From contig CAXHJY010001633.1 of NCBI GenBank assembly GCA_964016885.1, positions 1 through 64,000 of the forward strand: a stretch of 64,000 nt of DNA, given 5' to 3'. A program made the translations under genes and the position numbers. Position 1 is the stretch's first letter. Each line of letters opens with the position of its first letter. Of the stretch, positions 17,130 through 29,200 are shown one piece after another. The notes beneath the pieces are model-generated. The model had not been told where the DNA came from. It saw only the letters and a list, made by a program, of their open reading frames with translations, and did no database searches. This DNA is from Eledone cirrhosa. Taxonomy: Eukaryota.

Positions 17130-17130
17130 G
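16742..17130. repeat. (TG)n and mixed (TG/TA)n microsatellites downstream of the Penelope ORF
   Basis: (TG)n runs at about 16744-16775 and 16993-17130. Confidence 0.9.
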
Positions 17131-17571
17131 GTGGACCAGTATTTTTGTGATACTGGTAAAATGGTGTACATTATTCGATATTTTCAGTAAAAACGATTCT
17201 CTCAATAGAACATCAAAAACCTTAGTAATAAAAGGTGTGAAATGATATATAGTATTGACAATACCAAGGTGTGTGTGAGTGTCCAGATTGTACGTACTAC
17301 AAGGGGAATCCATTAGGCCTTGCCGTATTGGAATACTTGTATACAAATATGTATGCGCCCATCAGTGTGCAATGCATGTGTGCGTTTATGTATGTGTGTG
17401 TGTCGGCACGTTTATATCTATAGACATCAAAAGGTATGCAAATTTGTGTATATTTGTGTTGCACCATAGAACATGTGTGTTTACGTATGTCATTGTGTTT
17501 ATATGTGAATAGAAATGTATGCTGATGTAGGTATGTATGTTGACGTGTGTATGTTGTCTGACGGGTTCGTC

Positions 17572-18546
17572 TTAGGGAGAAGTGTTTAGACGAGGTCCGT
17601 ATTTGTTAATAAAGTGAGATTCCTTGCTGATGCGCTGGGTGTGGGTGGCATTATCTTTAAATTTGTAGAGGGGAAAGATTCTGAAGTTGGGATGATTTTG
17701 GGCGGCACAGGTATCAATGTGTTCACTCAGTGGTATTTTCTTGTATTTCCGTATTTTAATTTGGGATCTATGGACAGTCATGCGTTGGCGGAGGCTGTTT
17801 TGGGTCTGGCCTATGTATTGTTCTCGACAACCTGAGCAAGTTAATACATATATTAGATTTTCTGATGCGCATGTGAAATTGTGTTTTACTATAAAACGTT
17901 GTCCTTCTTTGAAATAGAATTCAGAACCCTCTATTAGGTTGATGCATATGCCACAGTTGGGTCTATCGCATTTTTTTACTCTGGGTTTCGTTGTTGTGGT
18001 TGGCAATACTTTGGCATGTGTTAGGATGTTTTTCATTGACTTGGATTGTCTTTTGCTCTTTATGATATCGTGTGTTCGTAGGATTTGGTTCATTCTATGG
18101 TCCTTTTTCAACACAAGGATGTTCTGGAGGATGGTGTCAAAGGCCTCATTGTTGAGGGGGTTGTGTGTGGAGATGTATGGAAGAGCTTTTAGTTTCGGTT
18201 GATTTACTTTAGGGTGTCTAAGGTCCTGTGTACTGAGTTTTAGGGCACGTTGGATTCCATTGTCAATTAGTGATGCAGAGTAGTCCCTGCCTATGAGTGT
18301 GTCCTTTAGTTCTTGTAGCCGTAAGTAACAGGTGTTTTTATTGGAGACTATAGTACAGATTCTCTTGGCTAAGTTGTAGGGAATATTAATTTTAACGTGT
18401 CTAGGGTGGCAAGATTTGAAAGGAAGATATTGCTTGGAGTCTGTGGGCTTGTAGTATATGTCTGTTTCTATTTTTTTGTTATGGATCTTAATGAGGATGT
18501 CGAGGAAGGGGAGTTGTTGATGGCTGTATTCCATCGTGAAGTTAAT
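17572..18546 (-). mobile_element. 5'-truncated Penelope-like retroelement (probably Neptune-type): RT C-terminal/thumb region plus GIY-YIG endonuclease
   Basis: ORF 17572..18654 contains INFTME..LPFLDILI..TDIYYKPTD..YLPFKSCHP (PLE RT C-terminus), a linker Cys motif CDRPNCGIC..C, and NLIYVLTCSGCREQYIGQT..LRQRMTVH..EH..KE..FI (GIY-YIG with CCHH). Homology stops at a short (TA)n near 18546. The RT catalytic DD motif is missing, and the first ~36 aa come from adjacent DNA. Confidence 0.93.
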
Positions 18547-18794
18547 ATATATATATATAATGTCCTTACCAGCTACGTACGCTACGTATGTTATCTTGAG
18601 GATCAACTTGTTCAACATCAGCCGATGAAAATGAACCGGAAAATGTTTACTCAAAGGGGCGAAAATAAAGATAAGTATGTTGCCTTACCTTGGATTTTTT
18701 ACCTACCTATTACTAGTATTTATATATTGTTGTTGTTATCTACCATGACTGAATCTTAACTATCTACTATGTCAGGGTATGTCATGCATCATCT

Positions 18795-18861
18795 TATTTT
18801 ATCTGATGAGGACGTACTGTTGAAGTTAGCTCAGTACCTCTGAAATATGTATAATAAAATA
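18795..18861 (+). ncRNA. Type I hammerhead ribozyme with minimal stem III (PLE pLTR type)
   Basis: Stem I TATTTTAT/ATAAAATA; core CTGATGA (18803-18809); stem II GGACGTACTG/CAGTACCTCT with one mismatch; GAAA (18842-18845); near-palindromic ATATGTAT stem III; cleavage triplet AUA. Confidence 0.8.
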
Positions 18862-18902
18862 TACTTGATCAAACGAATGTCTATTTTTGTTAATATTTTG
18901 AA

Positions 18903-18949
<47 letters not shown>

Positions 18950-18951
<2 letters not shown>

Positions 18952-19088
18952 CGAAGGAAATGTGGTACGGAACTAGATGGACCATAACGCACCAAAGTAC
19001 TCAATACTTAGGGCAGTAGAGTGGGTAATAGGAACGAGTAGGACCCCGACGGCTGAGCTCAAGCCGTTTCGACGGCTAATTCTGGACA
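18950..19088 (-). mobile_element. PLE pLTR 3' fragment carrying the 3' half of a hammerhead; homologous to 21890-22021
   Basis: The minus strand reads GTC-GAAA-CGGCT-TGAGCTC-AGCCG-TC-GGGG...CCTATTACCCACTCTACTGCCC...CCACATTTCCTTCGT-(TA)n. A diverged copy is on + at 21890-22021. Confidence 0.65.
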
Positions 19089-19097
19089 TATATATAT

Positions 19098-19135
19098 AGA
19101 GAGAGAGAGGGGGGAGAGAGAGAGAGAGAGAGAGA

Positions 19136-19187
<52 letters not shown>
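19098..19187. repeat. (GA)n microsatellite
   Basis: Direct read. Confidence 0.95.
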
Positions 19188-19189
<2 letters not shown>

Positions 19190-19729
19190 TGGCTTCTACA
19201 GGATTAGAACTGTTTCATTAGAAGCCATCTCTATGTCAAACTTGATATTTACACTCTACTAATGTGTATTGAGTACCTTACTTACTATGGTTACCCCCGA
19301 TTGAACCCGGGACTCACACCACACACACGTACGCACACACAGAGTGGACTCAGGCTATTTTTATCCAGAATAATCTCTATTGTCCCGCTTTCATCAGTCT
19401 AACTTGAGTTGTCCCCCTTGTCGACCACCTTGCGTATCACCGGCCAACCTCATATAGTCTTCCGTTTCGGCTGAGCCATTACTCGAGTTCAAAATCCCCA
19501 AGGTGAAACATGAGTCCCCAAAAATGGTTTTCTAACTGTTGTGGAACTAACTTTATACCGAACTCGTCCCATGGACTGAGTGCTCTATTTACTAAGGATA
19601 TAACCTCCAGGGTTCTACCACACATTATATATATGATACCATTTTATTATACAGTGATGTGAGATTGCTTTTTCTAATAACCAATTTTTCACAATCTTAT
19701 TAATTTGTATTTGAGACACGTTGGCTGAG

Positions 19730-20189
19730 AGCTTATGACGGGAGCGGAACTATTTGATTTCTAATCTCCTGCCACCACGTAAACTTATAAATCGGTGGCC
19801 GGTCGGGGATACCATTGTATCAGATCCCAGTCGCTAATCACTTTACTGTGTTGGCCATCACAAGCAGTCATAGCAGGCACGAACTGGAGTCGAATTCTGT
19901 TGATCGATTGGTTATTGATTAGGCGAAACCCGCTGATGAAGCCACATGCGCCGATTATTCATTATTGCATAATATATGCGGACAGAGGGTGCAGTGCACC
20001 CACCCTACTGCTGCATTAAGTGTGGCAGAAACTCGAGTTCGGGAACTACTATAGGCACCCGTTTACGTGTGTTGTATTGAAGCGAATAACTATGTGAATA
20101 CTCTGGGAGTGTATCCTACATTACCTATTGAGTACGCTGAGATGCAACCGGTCCTGGCATTGATACCTATGCTGGGCCCGTCAACTTCT

Positions 20190-20192
<3 letters not shown>
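19730..20192 (+). mobile_element. About 460-bp hammerhead-containing dispersed repeat, copy 1 (pLTR or retrozyme-like)
   Basis: Aligns by eye to 20943-21410, sharing AGCTTATG..GGAGCGGAA, the identical block GAATTCTGTTGATCGATTGGTTATTGATTAGGCGAAACCCGCTGATGAAGCCACATGC, and TTACCTATTGAGTA.GCTGAGAT. It ends in (TA)n. Confidence 0.8.
19929..20043 (+). ncRNA. Type I hammerhead ribozyme with extended stem II
   Basis: Stem I CCCG/CGGG; CTGATGA (19933-19939); GCCACA/TGTGGC closing a ~75-nt insert; GAAA (20028-20031); perfect palindrome ACTCGAGT as stem III; triplet GUU. Confidence 0.7.
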
Positions 20193-20250
<58 letters not shown>

Positions 20251-20254
<4 letters not shown>

Positions 20255-20362
20255 GGAGGGAAGAAAAAAATGGCTTCACTTGTGCTTTCAACAAATTTAT
20301 TTTCTTCACAAAATCCAAAAAGAATTTTTTTCCCGGATTAGAAAAAATTTTTCTTAAAAAAA

Positions 20363-20395
<33 letters not shown>

Positions 20396-20502
20396 TTAAT
20401 AAAAATATTTGCTAATCCGGGAAAAAAATTCTTTTTGGATTTTGTGAAGAAAATAAATTTGTTGAAAGCACAAGTGAAGCCATTTTTTTCTTTCCTCCTG
20501 TC
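20251..20502. repeat. Fold-back inverted repeat, arms of about 90 bp
   Basis: GACAGGAGG...TTCCCGGATTA (20251-20340) is the reverse complement of TAATCCGGGAA...CCTCCTGTC (20413-20502). The spacer is A/TA/T-rich. Confidence 0.93.
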
Positions 20503-20539
20503 TTAATATACCTAACTGTACCAAGGATTACACACATTT

Positions 20540-20566
<27 letters not shown>

Positions 20567-20572
<6 letters not shown>

Positions 20573-20723
20573 GAATTAAAAAGAACAGAAAGATGCAGTA
20601 AAAGAGATTGATTTGGTTCTTACGTACGTTTCAATAGACATCAAATTGATGTCTATTGAAACGTACGTAAGAACCAAATAAATCTCTTTTACTGCATCTT
20701 TCTGTTCTTTTTAATTCTTTATA
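20567..20723. repeat. Near-perfect palindrome (arms of about 78 bp) containing a hammerhead 3' half
   Basis: Centre near 20644 (GACATCAA-A-TTGATGTC). The right arm contains GAAA-CGTACG-TA, i.e. a palindromic stem III plus a GUA site. Confidence 0.92.
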
Positions 20724-20863
20724 CACGCCCCGGAAGATAGCTAAACTGGAGTATACACCTTTTTTCTGCATTTCGTTGAGCACCACTCTGTTGTAAGCTG
20801 ACATTCCCCTACACGGTACATAACACTGTGTCCTGGAAAACATTAATGCACTTGTGCATAACC

Positions 20864-21514
<651 letters not shown>

Positions 21515-21703
21515 CTACAGCAGGTACAGTGAATTTTTGTAAATTTATTTTAAAACTTTTTCTTATTTGCTAAACCTTGATTATATATATATATATATAT
21601 ATATAATTTTTTCCTTCCCCTTAAATCTCCGCCCCCCCCCCTTTAATGTCTTTCCACCACTCCCCCTCACACACTCGGAACTCTTCTCCTTCCCACTTTT
21701 CTC

Positions 21704-21734
21704 CCGATGAAGGGCTTATGCCCGAAACGGCATC
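21704..21734 (+). ncRNA. Degenerate hammerhead-like motif
   Basis: CCGATGA-A-GGGC-TTAT-GCCC-GAAA-C. The core has U4>C and stems I and III do not pair, so it is probably inactive. Confidence 0.4.
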
Positions 21735-21825
21735 CCCCACATCCCACTCTCAAGCGTGAACCTAATACTAACACTGTTTGTACTGCATCTTCGTTTTTGT
21801 TTTCTGTTTTAACTTTATATATATA

Positions 21826-21942
21826 TAGGAAAAGAGTCAGAACCCCGACGGCAGAGCTCAAGCCGTTTCGACAGCTATTTCTGAACTGAAATAGGTGTCG
21901 AAACGGCTGAGCTCTGCCGTCGGGGTTCTGACTATTTTCCTA
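21826..21942. repeat. Fold-back inverted repeat (arms of about 55 bp) containing a hammerhead 3' half
   Basis: TAGGAAAAGAGTCAGAACCCCGACGGC...CTATTTC pairs with GAAATAG...GTCGAAACGGC...GCCGTCGGGGTTCTGACTATTTTCCTA. The right arm continues to (TA)n at 22021. Confidence 0.9.
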
Positions 21943-22019
21943 TTACCCACTCTACTACCCAAAGTATCAAGTAATCTGGTGCGTTATGGTCCACCTGGTT
22001 CCTTACCACACTTCCTTCG

Positions 22020-22077
<58 letters not shown>

Positions 22078-22085
<8 letters not shown>

Positions 22086-22257
22086 ATACTTGGGGAGGGT
22101 CATATTTGCGTAATATTGCCAGAATTAATAACAGAACACACTCACTGTATGGTTGGTTAAGACAGCGAGAAGCGAAAACCAACCAAACAGTGAGTGTGTT
22201 CTGTTATTAATTCTGGCAATATTACGCAAATATGACCCTCCCCAAGTATAACAATAT
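22078..22257. repeat. Fold-back inverted repeat, arms of about 80 bp
   Basis: ATATTGTTATACTTGGGGAGGG...TGGTTGGTT pairs with AACCAACCA...CCCTCCCCAAGTATAACAATAT around a ~19-nt loop. Confidence 0.93.
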
Positions 22258-22519
22258 CTGTTTCGACACACGATTTCATATAAAAACCTCGCAAAACTAA
22301 CTCATCGCCGCTATATATATATATATATATATATATGGTCGTTTTAACTGCTGCTATTTCTAGTGGCAGTATATTGACCTTTCCGCCCCTGCCTTCTATC
22401 TTTACACACGGCACTAGACAAAATTGTTTCTTCATCATACACTCTCATCCTGGAACAGTTCTGTATGGCACCAGTTCGTGATTTGAACTCAGGAATTTTA
22501 TATTCTCCGAGTGAGAAGA

Positions 22520-22603
22520 ACCCTCTGACGAAAGTCTTCATCTCAATGGATTTCCGCATGGATTATCCATTTATTTTGAGACTTGAAACTGCGCGGTAGG
22601 GGT
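22520..22603 (+). ncRNA. Type I hammerhead ribozyme, the best-formed copy in the window
   Basis: Stem I ACCCT/GGGGT; CTGACGA (22525-22531); stem II AAGTCT/AGACTT extended by AATGGA/TCCATT; GAAA (22585-22588); near-palindromic ACTGCGCGGT stem III; triplet GUA. Its 3' tail (22611-22672) recurs at 21520-21582. Confidence 0.85.
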
Positions 22604-22670
22604 AATTATAGCAGGTATAGTGAACTTTTTAAAATTTATTTTAAAACTTTTTCTTATTTGCTAAACCTTG

Positions 22671-22717
<47 letters not shown>

Positions 22718-22884
22718 ATAAGCTGCGACTATACATATAGTTTTGCCTTTTAAGTAAGTACCTATAAGCTATCAGTCATTTCAAAGTCACAATCTCGATG
22801 TTTTTTCTAATTCGAAGATTATAATTTCAAGATTCTATGTACAGCTACATTGATCATCTCAGATAATTCCCTTCATCATAATTT

Positions 22885-23090
22885 CTAATTTAGGTATATA
22901 GTCAATAATTTGATGGAGAGGAGATATCGATTAGATCGAACCCAAGATTTGGGTGCTGCTCTATCGAACCCGGAAAATTGAAAACCATCGTTGGCCTCGG
23001 CTGGATTTGGAATCGGAACGTAATTGGTTCTAACTATAAGCCACAATGCATTTTGTCAGACGCTCTACCGATTCTGCCAATCTACCACTC
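22885..23090 (-). mobile_element. Degenerate tRNA-derived SINE (Octopus-type)
   Basis: The minus strand reads TGGCAGAATCGGTAGAGCG (A box) ... TTACGTTCCGATTCCAAATCCAGCCGAGG (decayed B box) ... GGGTTCGATCTAATCGA..TCCCATCAAATT. It resembles the abundant Octopus SINE consensus as I recall it; not checked by search. Confidence 0.7.
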
Positions 23091-23276
23091 TCGATAATTG
23101 AGATAATAACCACAATGTTGTACAGAGTTGAATTGGAAAGTTAAAGGACACCAATTTAACTATTAAACTAAACACAAACCCGTTAAAGAATGTATTGTTG
23201 GTAAACTACTACAAATGTACTGATACTTAATCATTACTGTAAAAAAACATTTATAGAGATTTTATGTAAAGGTGGC

Positions 23277-26200
23277 TGGAGGTGCGGTAAGGGTGTTGGA
23301 CTGACCATCAGGATGTTGTAGGTTCAATTGCTAGACTGGGTTGTGTTCTGTGGAGGTGTGTGGCCTAGTGGTAAGGGTGTTGGACTGACCATCAGGATGT
23401 TGTAGGTTCAATTGCTGGACTGGGTTGTGTGTTGTGTTCTGTGGAAGAGTGTGGTCTAGTGGTAAGGGTGTTGGACTGACCATCATAATGTTGTAGGTTC
23501 AATTGCTGGACTGGGTTGTGTGTTGTGTTCTGTGGAGGTGTGTGGTCTAGTGGTAAGGGTGTTGGACTGACCATCAGAATGTTGTAGGTTCAATTGCTGG
23601 ACTGGGTTGTGTGTTGTGTTCTGTGGAAGAGTGTGGTCTAGTGGTAAGGGTGTTGGACTGACCATCAGGATGTTGTAGGTTCAATTGCTAGACTGGGTTG
23701 TGTGTTGTGTTCTGTGGAGGTGTGTGGCCTAGTGGTAAGGGTGTGGGACTGACCATCAGGATGTTGTAGGTTCAATTGCTGGACTGGGTTGTGTGTTGTG
23801 TTCTGTGGAGGTGTGTGGCCTAGTGGTAAGGGTGTTGGACTGACCATCAGAATGTTCTAGGTTCAATTGCTGGACTGGGTTGTGTGTTGTGTTCTGTGGA
23901 AGAGTGTGGTCTAGTGGTAAGGGTGTTGGACTGACCATCAGAATGTTGTAGGTTCAATTGCTGGACTGGGTTGTGTGTTGTGTTCTGTGGAAGAGTGTGG
24001 TCTAGTGGTAAGGGTGTTGGACTGACCATCAGAATGTTGTATGTTCTATTGCTAGACTGGGTTGTGTGTTGTGTTCTGTGGAGGTGTGTGGCCTAGTGGT
24101 AAGGGTGTTGGACTGAAAACAGGATGTTGTAGGTTCAATTGCTGGACTGGGTTGTGTGTTGTGTTCTGTGGAAGTGTGTGGCCTAGTGGTAAGGGTGTTG
24201 GACTGACCATCAGGATGTTGTAGGTTCAATTGCTAGACTGGGTTGTGTGTTGTGTTCTGTGGAGGTGTGTGGCCTAGTGGTAAGGGTGTTGGACTGACCA
24301 TCAGAATGTTGTAGGTTCAATTGCTGGACTGGGTTGTGTGTTGCGTTCTGTGGAAGAGTGTGGTCTAGTGGTAAGGGTGTTGGACTGACCATCAGAATGT
24401 TGTAGGTTCAATTGCTGGACTGGGTTGTGTGTTGCGTTCTGTGGAAGAGTGTGGTCTAGTGGTAAGGGTGTTGGACTGACCATCAGAATGTTGTAGGTTC
24501 AATTGCTGGACTGGGTTGTGTGTTGTGTTCTGTGGAGGTGTGTGGCCTAGTGGTAAGGGTGTTGGACTGACCATCAGAATGTTGTAGGTTCAATTGCTGG
24601 ACTGGGTTGTGTGTTGTGTTCTGTGGAGGTGTGTGGCCTAGTGGTAAGGGTGTTGGACTGACCATCAGAATGTTGTAGGTTCGATTGCTGGACTGGGTTG
24701 TGTGTTGTGTTCTGTGGAGGTGTGTGGCCTAGTGGTAAGGGTGTTGGACTGACCATCAGGATGTTGTAGGTTCAATTGCTAGACTGGGTTGTGTGTTGTG
24801 TTCTGTGGAGGTGTGTGGCCTAGTGGTAAGGGTGTGGGACTGACCATCAGGATGTTGTAGGTTCAATTGCTGGACTGGGTTGTGTGTTGTGTTCTGTGGA
24901 GGTGTGTGGCCTAGTGGTAAGGGTGTTGGACTGACCATCAGAATGTTGTAGGTTCAATTGCTGGACTGGGTTGTGTGTTGTGTTCTGTGGAGGTGTGTGG
25001 CCTAGTGGTAAGGGTGTTGGACTGACCATCAGGATGTTGTAGGTTCAATTGCTGGACTGGGTTGTGTGTTGTGTTCTGTGGAGGTGTGTGGCCTAGTGGT
25101 AAGGGTGTTGGACTGACCATCAGAATGTTGTAGGTTCAATTGCTAGACTGGGTTCTGTGTTGTGTTCTGTGGAAGTGTGTGGCCTAGTGGTAAGGGTGTT
25201 GGACTGACCATCAGGATGTTGTAGGTTCAATTGCTAGACTGGGTTGTGTGTTGTGTTCTGTAGAGGTGTGTGGCCTAGTGGTAAGGGTGTTGGACTGACC
25301 ATCAGGATGTTGTAAGTTCAATTGCTAGACTGGGTTGTGTGTTGTGTTCTGTGGAAGTGTGTGGCCTAGTGGTAAGGGTGTTGGACTGACCATCAGGATG
25401 TTGTAGGTTCAATTGCTAGACTGGGTTGTGTGTTGTGTTCTGTGGAGGTGTGTGGCCTAGTGGTAAGGGTGTTGGACTGACCATCAGGATGTTGTAGGTT
25501 CAATTGCTAGACTGGGTTGTGTGTTGTGTTCTGTGGAAGTGTGTGGCCTAGTGGTAAGGGTGTTGGACTGACCATCAGGATGTTGTAGGTTCAATTGCTA
25601 GACTGGGTTGTGTGTTGTGTTCTGTGGAGGTGTGTGGCCTAGTGGTAAGGTTGTTGGACTGACCATCAGGATGTTGTAGGTTCAATTGCTAGACTGGGTT
25701 GTGTGTTGTGTTCTGTGGAGGTGTGTGGCCTAGTGGTAAGGGTGTTGGACTGACCATCAGGATGTTGTAGGTTCAATTGCTAGACTGGGTTGTGTGTTGT
25801 GTTCTGTGGAGGTGTGTGGTCTAGTGGTAAGGGTGTTGGACTGACCATCAGGATGTTGTAGGTTCAATTGCTAGACTGGGTTGTGTGTTGTGTTCTGTGG
25901 AGGTGTGTGGTCTAGTGGTAAGGGTGTTGGACTGACCATCAGGATGTTGTAGGTTCAATTGCTAGACTGGGTTGTGTGTTGTGTTCTGTGGAGGTGTGTG
26001 GCTTAGTGGTAAGGGTGTGGGACTGACCATCAGGATGTTGTAGGTTCAATTGCTGGACTGGGTTGTGTGTTGTGTTCTGTGGAGGTGTGTGGCCTAGTGG
26101 TAAGGGTGTTGGACTGACCATCAGAATGTTGTAGGTTCAATTGCTGGAATGGGTTGTGTGTTGTGTTCTGTGGAGGTGTGTGGCCTAGTGGTAAGGGTGT

Positions 26201-29200
26201 AGGACTGACCATCAGAATGTTGTAGGTTCAATTGCTGGACTGGGTTGTGTGTTGTGTTCTGTGGAAGTGTGTGGCCTAGTGGTAAGGGTGTTGGACCGAC
26301 CATCAGGATGTTGTAGGTTCAATTCCTAGACTGGGTTGTGTGTTGTGTTCTGTGGAGGTGTGTGGCCTAGTGGTAAGGGTGTTGGACTGACCATCAGAAT
26401 GTTGTAGGTTCAATTGCTAGACTGGGTTGTGTGTTGTGTTCTGTGGAAGTGTGTGGTCTAGTGGTAAGGGTGTTGGACTGACCATCAGAATGTTGTAGGT
26501 TCAATTGCTAGACTGGGTTGTGTGTTGTGTTCTGTGGAGGTGTGTGGCCTAGTGGTAAGGGTGTTGGACTGACCATCAGGATGTTGTAGGTTCAATTGCT
26601 AGACTGGGTTGTGTGTTGTGTTCTCTGGAGGTGTGTGGTCTAGTGGTAAGGGTGTTGGACTGACCATCAGGATGTTGTAGGTTCTATTGCTAGACTGGGT
26701 TGTGTGTTGTGTTCTGTGGAAGTGTGTGGTCTAGTGGTAAGGGTGTTGGACTGACCATCAGAATGTTGTAGGTTCAATTGCTAGACTGGGTTGTGTGTTG
26801 TGTTCTGTGGAGGTGTGTGGCCTAGTGGTAAGGGTGTTGGACTGATCATCAGGATGTTGTAGGTTCAATTGATGGACTGGGTTGTGTGTTGTGTTCTGTG
26901 GAAGTGTGTGGTCTAGTGGTAAGGGTGTTGGACTGACCATCAGGATGTTGTAGGTTCAATTGATGGACTGGGTTGTGTGTTGTGTTCTGTGGAGGTGTGT
27001 GGCCTAGTGGTAAGGGTGTTGGACTGATCATCAGGATGTTGTAGGTTCAATTGCTGGACTGGGTTGTGTGTTGTGTTCTGTGGAGGTGTGTGGCCTAGTG
27101 GTAAGGGTGTTGGACTGACCATCAGGATGTTGTAGGTTCAATTGCTAGACCGGGTTGTGTGTTGTGTTCTGTGGAGAGGTGTGGCCTAGTGGTAAGGGTG
27201 TTGGACTGACCATCAGGATGTTGTAGGTTCAATTGCTAGACTGGGTTGTGTGTTGTGTTCTGTGGAGGTGTGTGGCCTAGTGGTAAGGGTGTTGGACTGA
27301 CCATCAGGATGTTGTAGGTTCAATTCCAGGACTGGGTTGTGTGTTGTGTTCTGTGGAGGTGTGTGGCCTAGTGGTAAGGGTGTTGGACTGACCATCAGGA
27401 TGTTGTATGTTCAATTGTTGGACTGGGTTGTGTGTTGTGTTCTGTGGAGGTGTGTGGCCTAGTGGTAAGGGTGTTGGACTGATCATCAGAATGTTGTAGG
27501 TTCTATTGCTAGACTGGGTTGTGTGTTGTGTTCTGTGGAGGTGTGTGGCCTAGTGGTAAGGGTGTTGGACTGACCATCAGGATGTTGTAGGTTCAATTGC
27601 TAGACTGGGTTGTGTGTTGTGTTCTGTGGAGGTGTGTGGCCTAGTGGTAAGGGTGTTGGACTGATCATCAGAATGTTGTAGGTTCAATTGCTGGACTGGG
27701 TTGTGTGTTGTGTTCTGTGGAGGTGTGTGGCCTAGTGGTAAGGGTGTTGGACTGACCATCAGAATGTTGTAGGTTCAATTGCTGGACTGGGTTGTGTGTT
27801 GTGTTCTGTGGAAGTGTGTGGCCTAGTGGTAAGGGTGTTGGACTGACCATCAGGATGTTGTAGGTTCAATTGCTAGACTGGGTTGTGTGTTGTGTTCTGT
27901 GGAAGTGTGTGGCCTAGTGGTAAGGGTGTTGGACTGACCGTCAGGATGTTGTAGGTTCTATTGCTAGACTGGGTTGTGTGTTGTGTTCTGTGGAGGTGTG
28001 TGGCCTAGTGGTAAGGGTGTTGGACTGACCATCAGAATGTTGTATGTTCAATTGCTAGACTGGGTTTTGTGTTGTGTTCTGTGGAGGTGTGTGGCCTAGT
28101 GGTAAGGGTGTTGGACTGACCATCAGAATGTTGTAGGTTCAATTGCTGGACTGGGTTGTGTGTTGTGTTTTGTGGAAGTGTGTGGCCTAGTGGTAAGGGT
28201 GTTGGACTGACCATCAGAATGTTGTATGTTCAATTGCTAGACTGGGTTGTGTGTTGTGTTCTGTGGAGGTGTGTGGCCTAGTGGTAAGGGTGTTGGACTG
28301 ACCATCATAATGTTGTAGGTTCAATTGCTAGACTGGGTTGTGTGTTGTGTTCTGTGGAGGTGTGTGGGCTAGTGGTAAGGGTGTTGGACTGACCATCAGA
28401 ATGTTGTATGTTCAATTGCTGGACTGGGTTGTGTGTTGTGTTCTGTGGAGGTGTGTGGCCTAGTGGTAAGGGTGTTGGACTGACCATCAAAATGTTGTAG
28501 GTTCAATTGCTAGACTGGGTTGTGTGTTGTGTTCTGTGGAGGTGTGTGGCCTAGTGGTAAGGGTGTTGGACTGACCATCAGAATGTTGTATGTTCAATTG
28601 CTAGACTGGGTTTTGTGTTGTGTTCTGTGGAGGTGTGTGGTCTAGTGGTAAGGGTGTTGGACTGACCATCAGGATGTTGTAGGTTCAATTGCTGGACTGG
28701 GTTGTGTGTTGTGTTCTGTGGAGGTGTGTGGCCTAGTGGTAAGGGTGTTGGACTGACCATCAGGATGTTGTAGGTTCAATTCCAGGACTGGGTTGTGTGT
28801 TGTCTTCTGTTGAGGTGTGTGGCCTAGTGGTAAGGGTGTTGGACTGACCATCAGAATGTTGTAGGTTCAATTGCTAGACTGGGTTGTGTGTTGTGTTCTG
28901 TGGAGGTGTGTGGCCTAGTGGTAAGGGTGTTGGACTGACCATCAGAATGTTGTAGGTTCAATTGCTGGACTGGGTTGTGTGTTGTGTTCTGTGGAGGTGT
29001 GTGGCCTAGTGGTAAGGGTGTTGGACTGACCATCAGGATGTTGTATGTTCAATTGCTAGACTGGGTTGTGTGTTGTGTTCTGTGGAGGTGTGTGGCCTAG
29101 TGGTAAGGGTGTTGGACTGACCATCAGGTTGTCGTGGGTTCATTTGCTAGACTTGGTTGTGTGTTGTGTTCTGTGGAGGTGTGTGGCCTAGTGGTAAGGG

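Noticed and set aside
18560-18905. Inverted pLTR belonging to the adjacent Penelope ORF
   Set aside because: No visible match to the sequence downstream of that ORF (16335-17570), so it is treated as a separate insertion.
19390-19470. Minus-strand GAAA ... CTGATGA as a type II hammerhead
   Set aside because: I could not form stems I-III or place an NUH site consistently.
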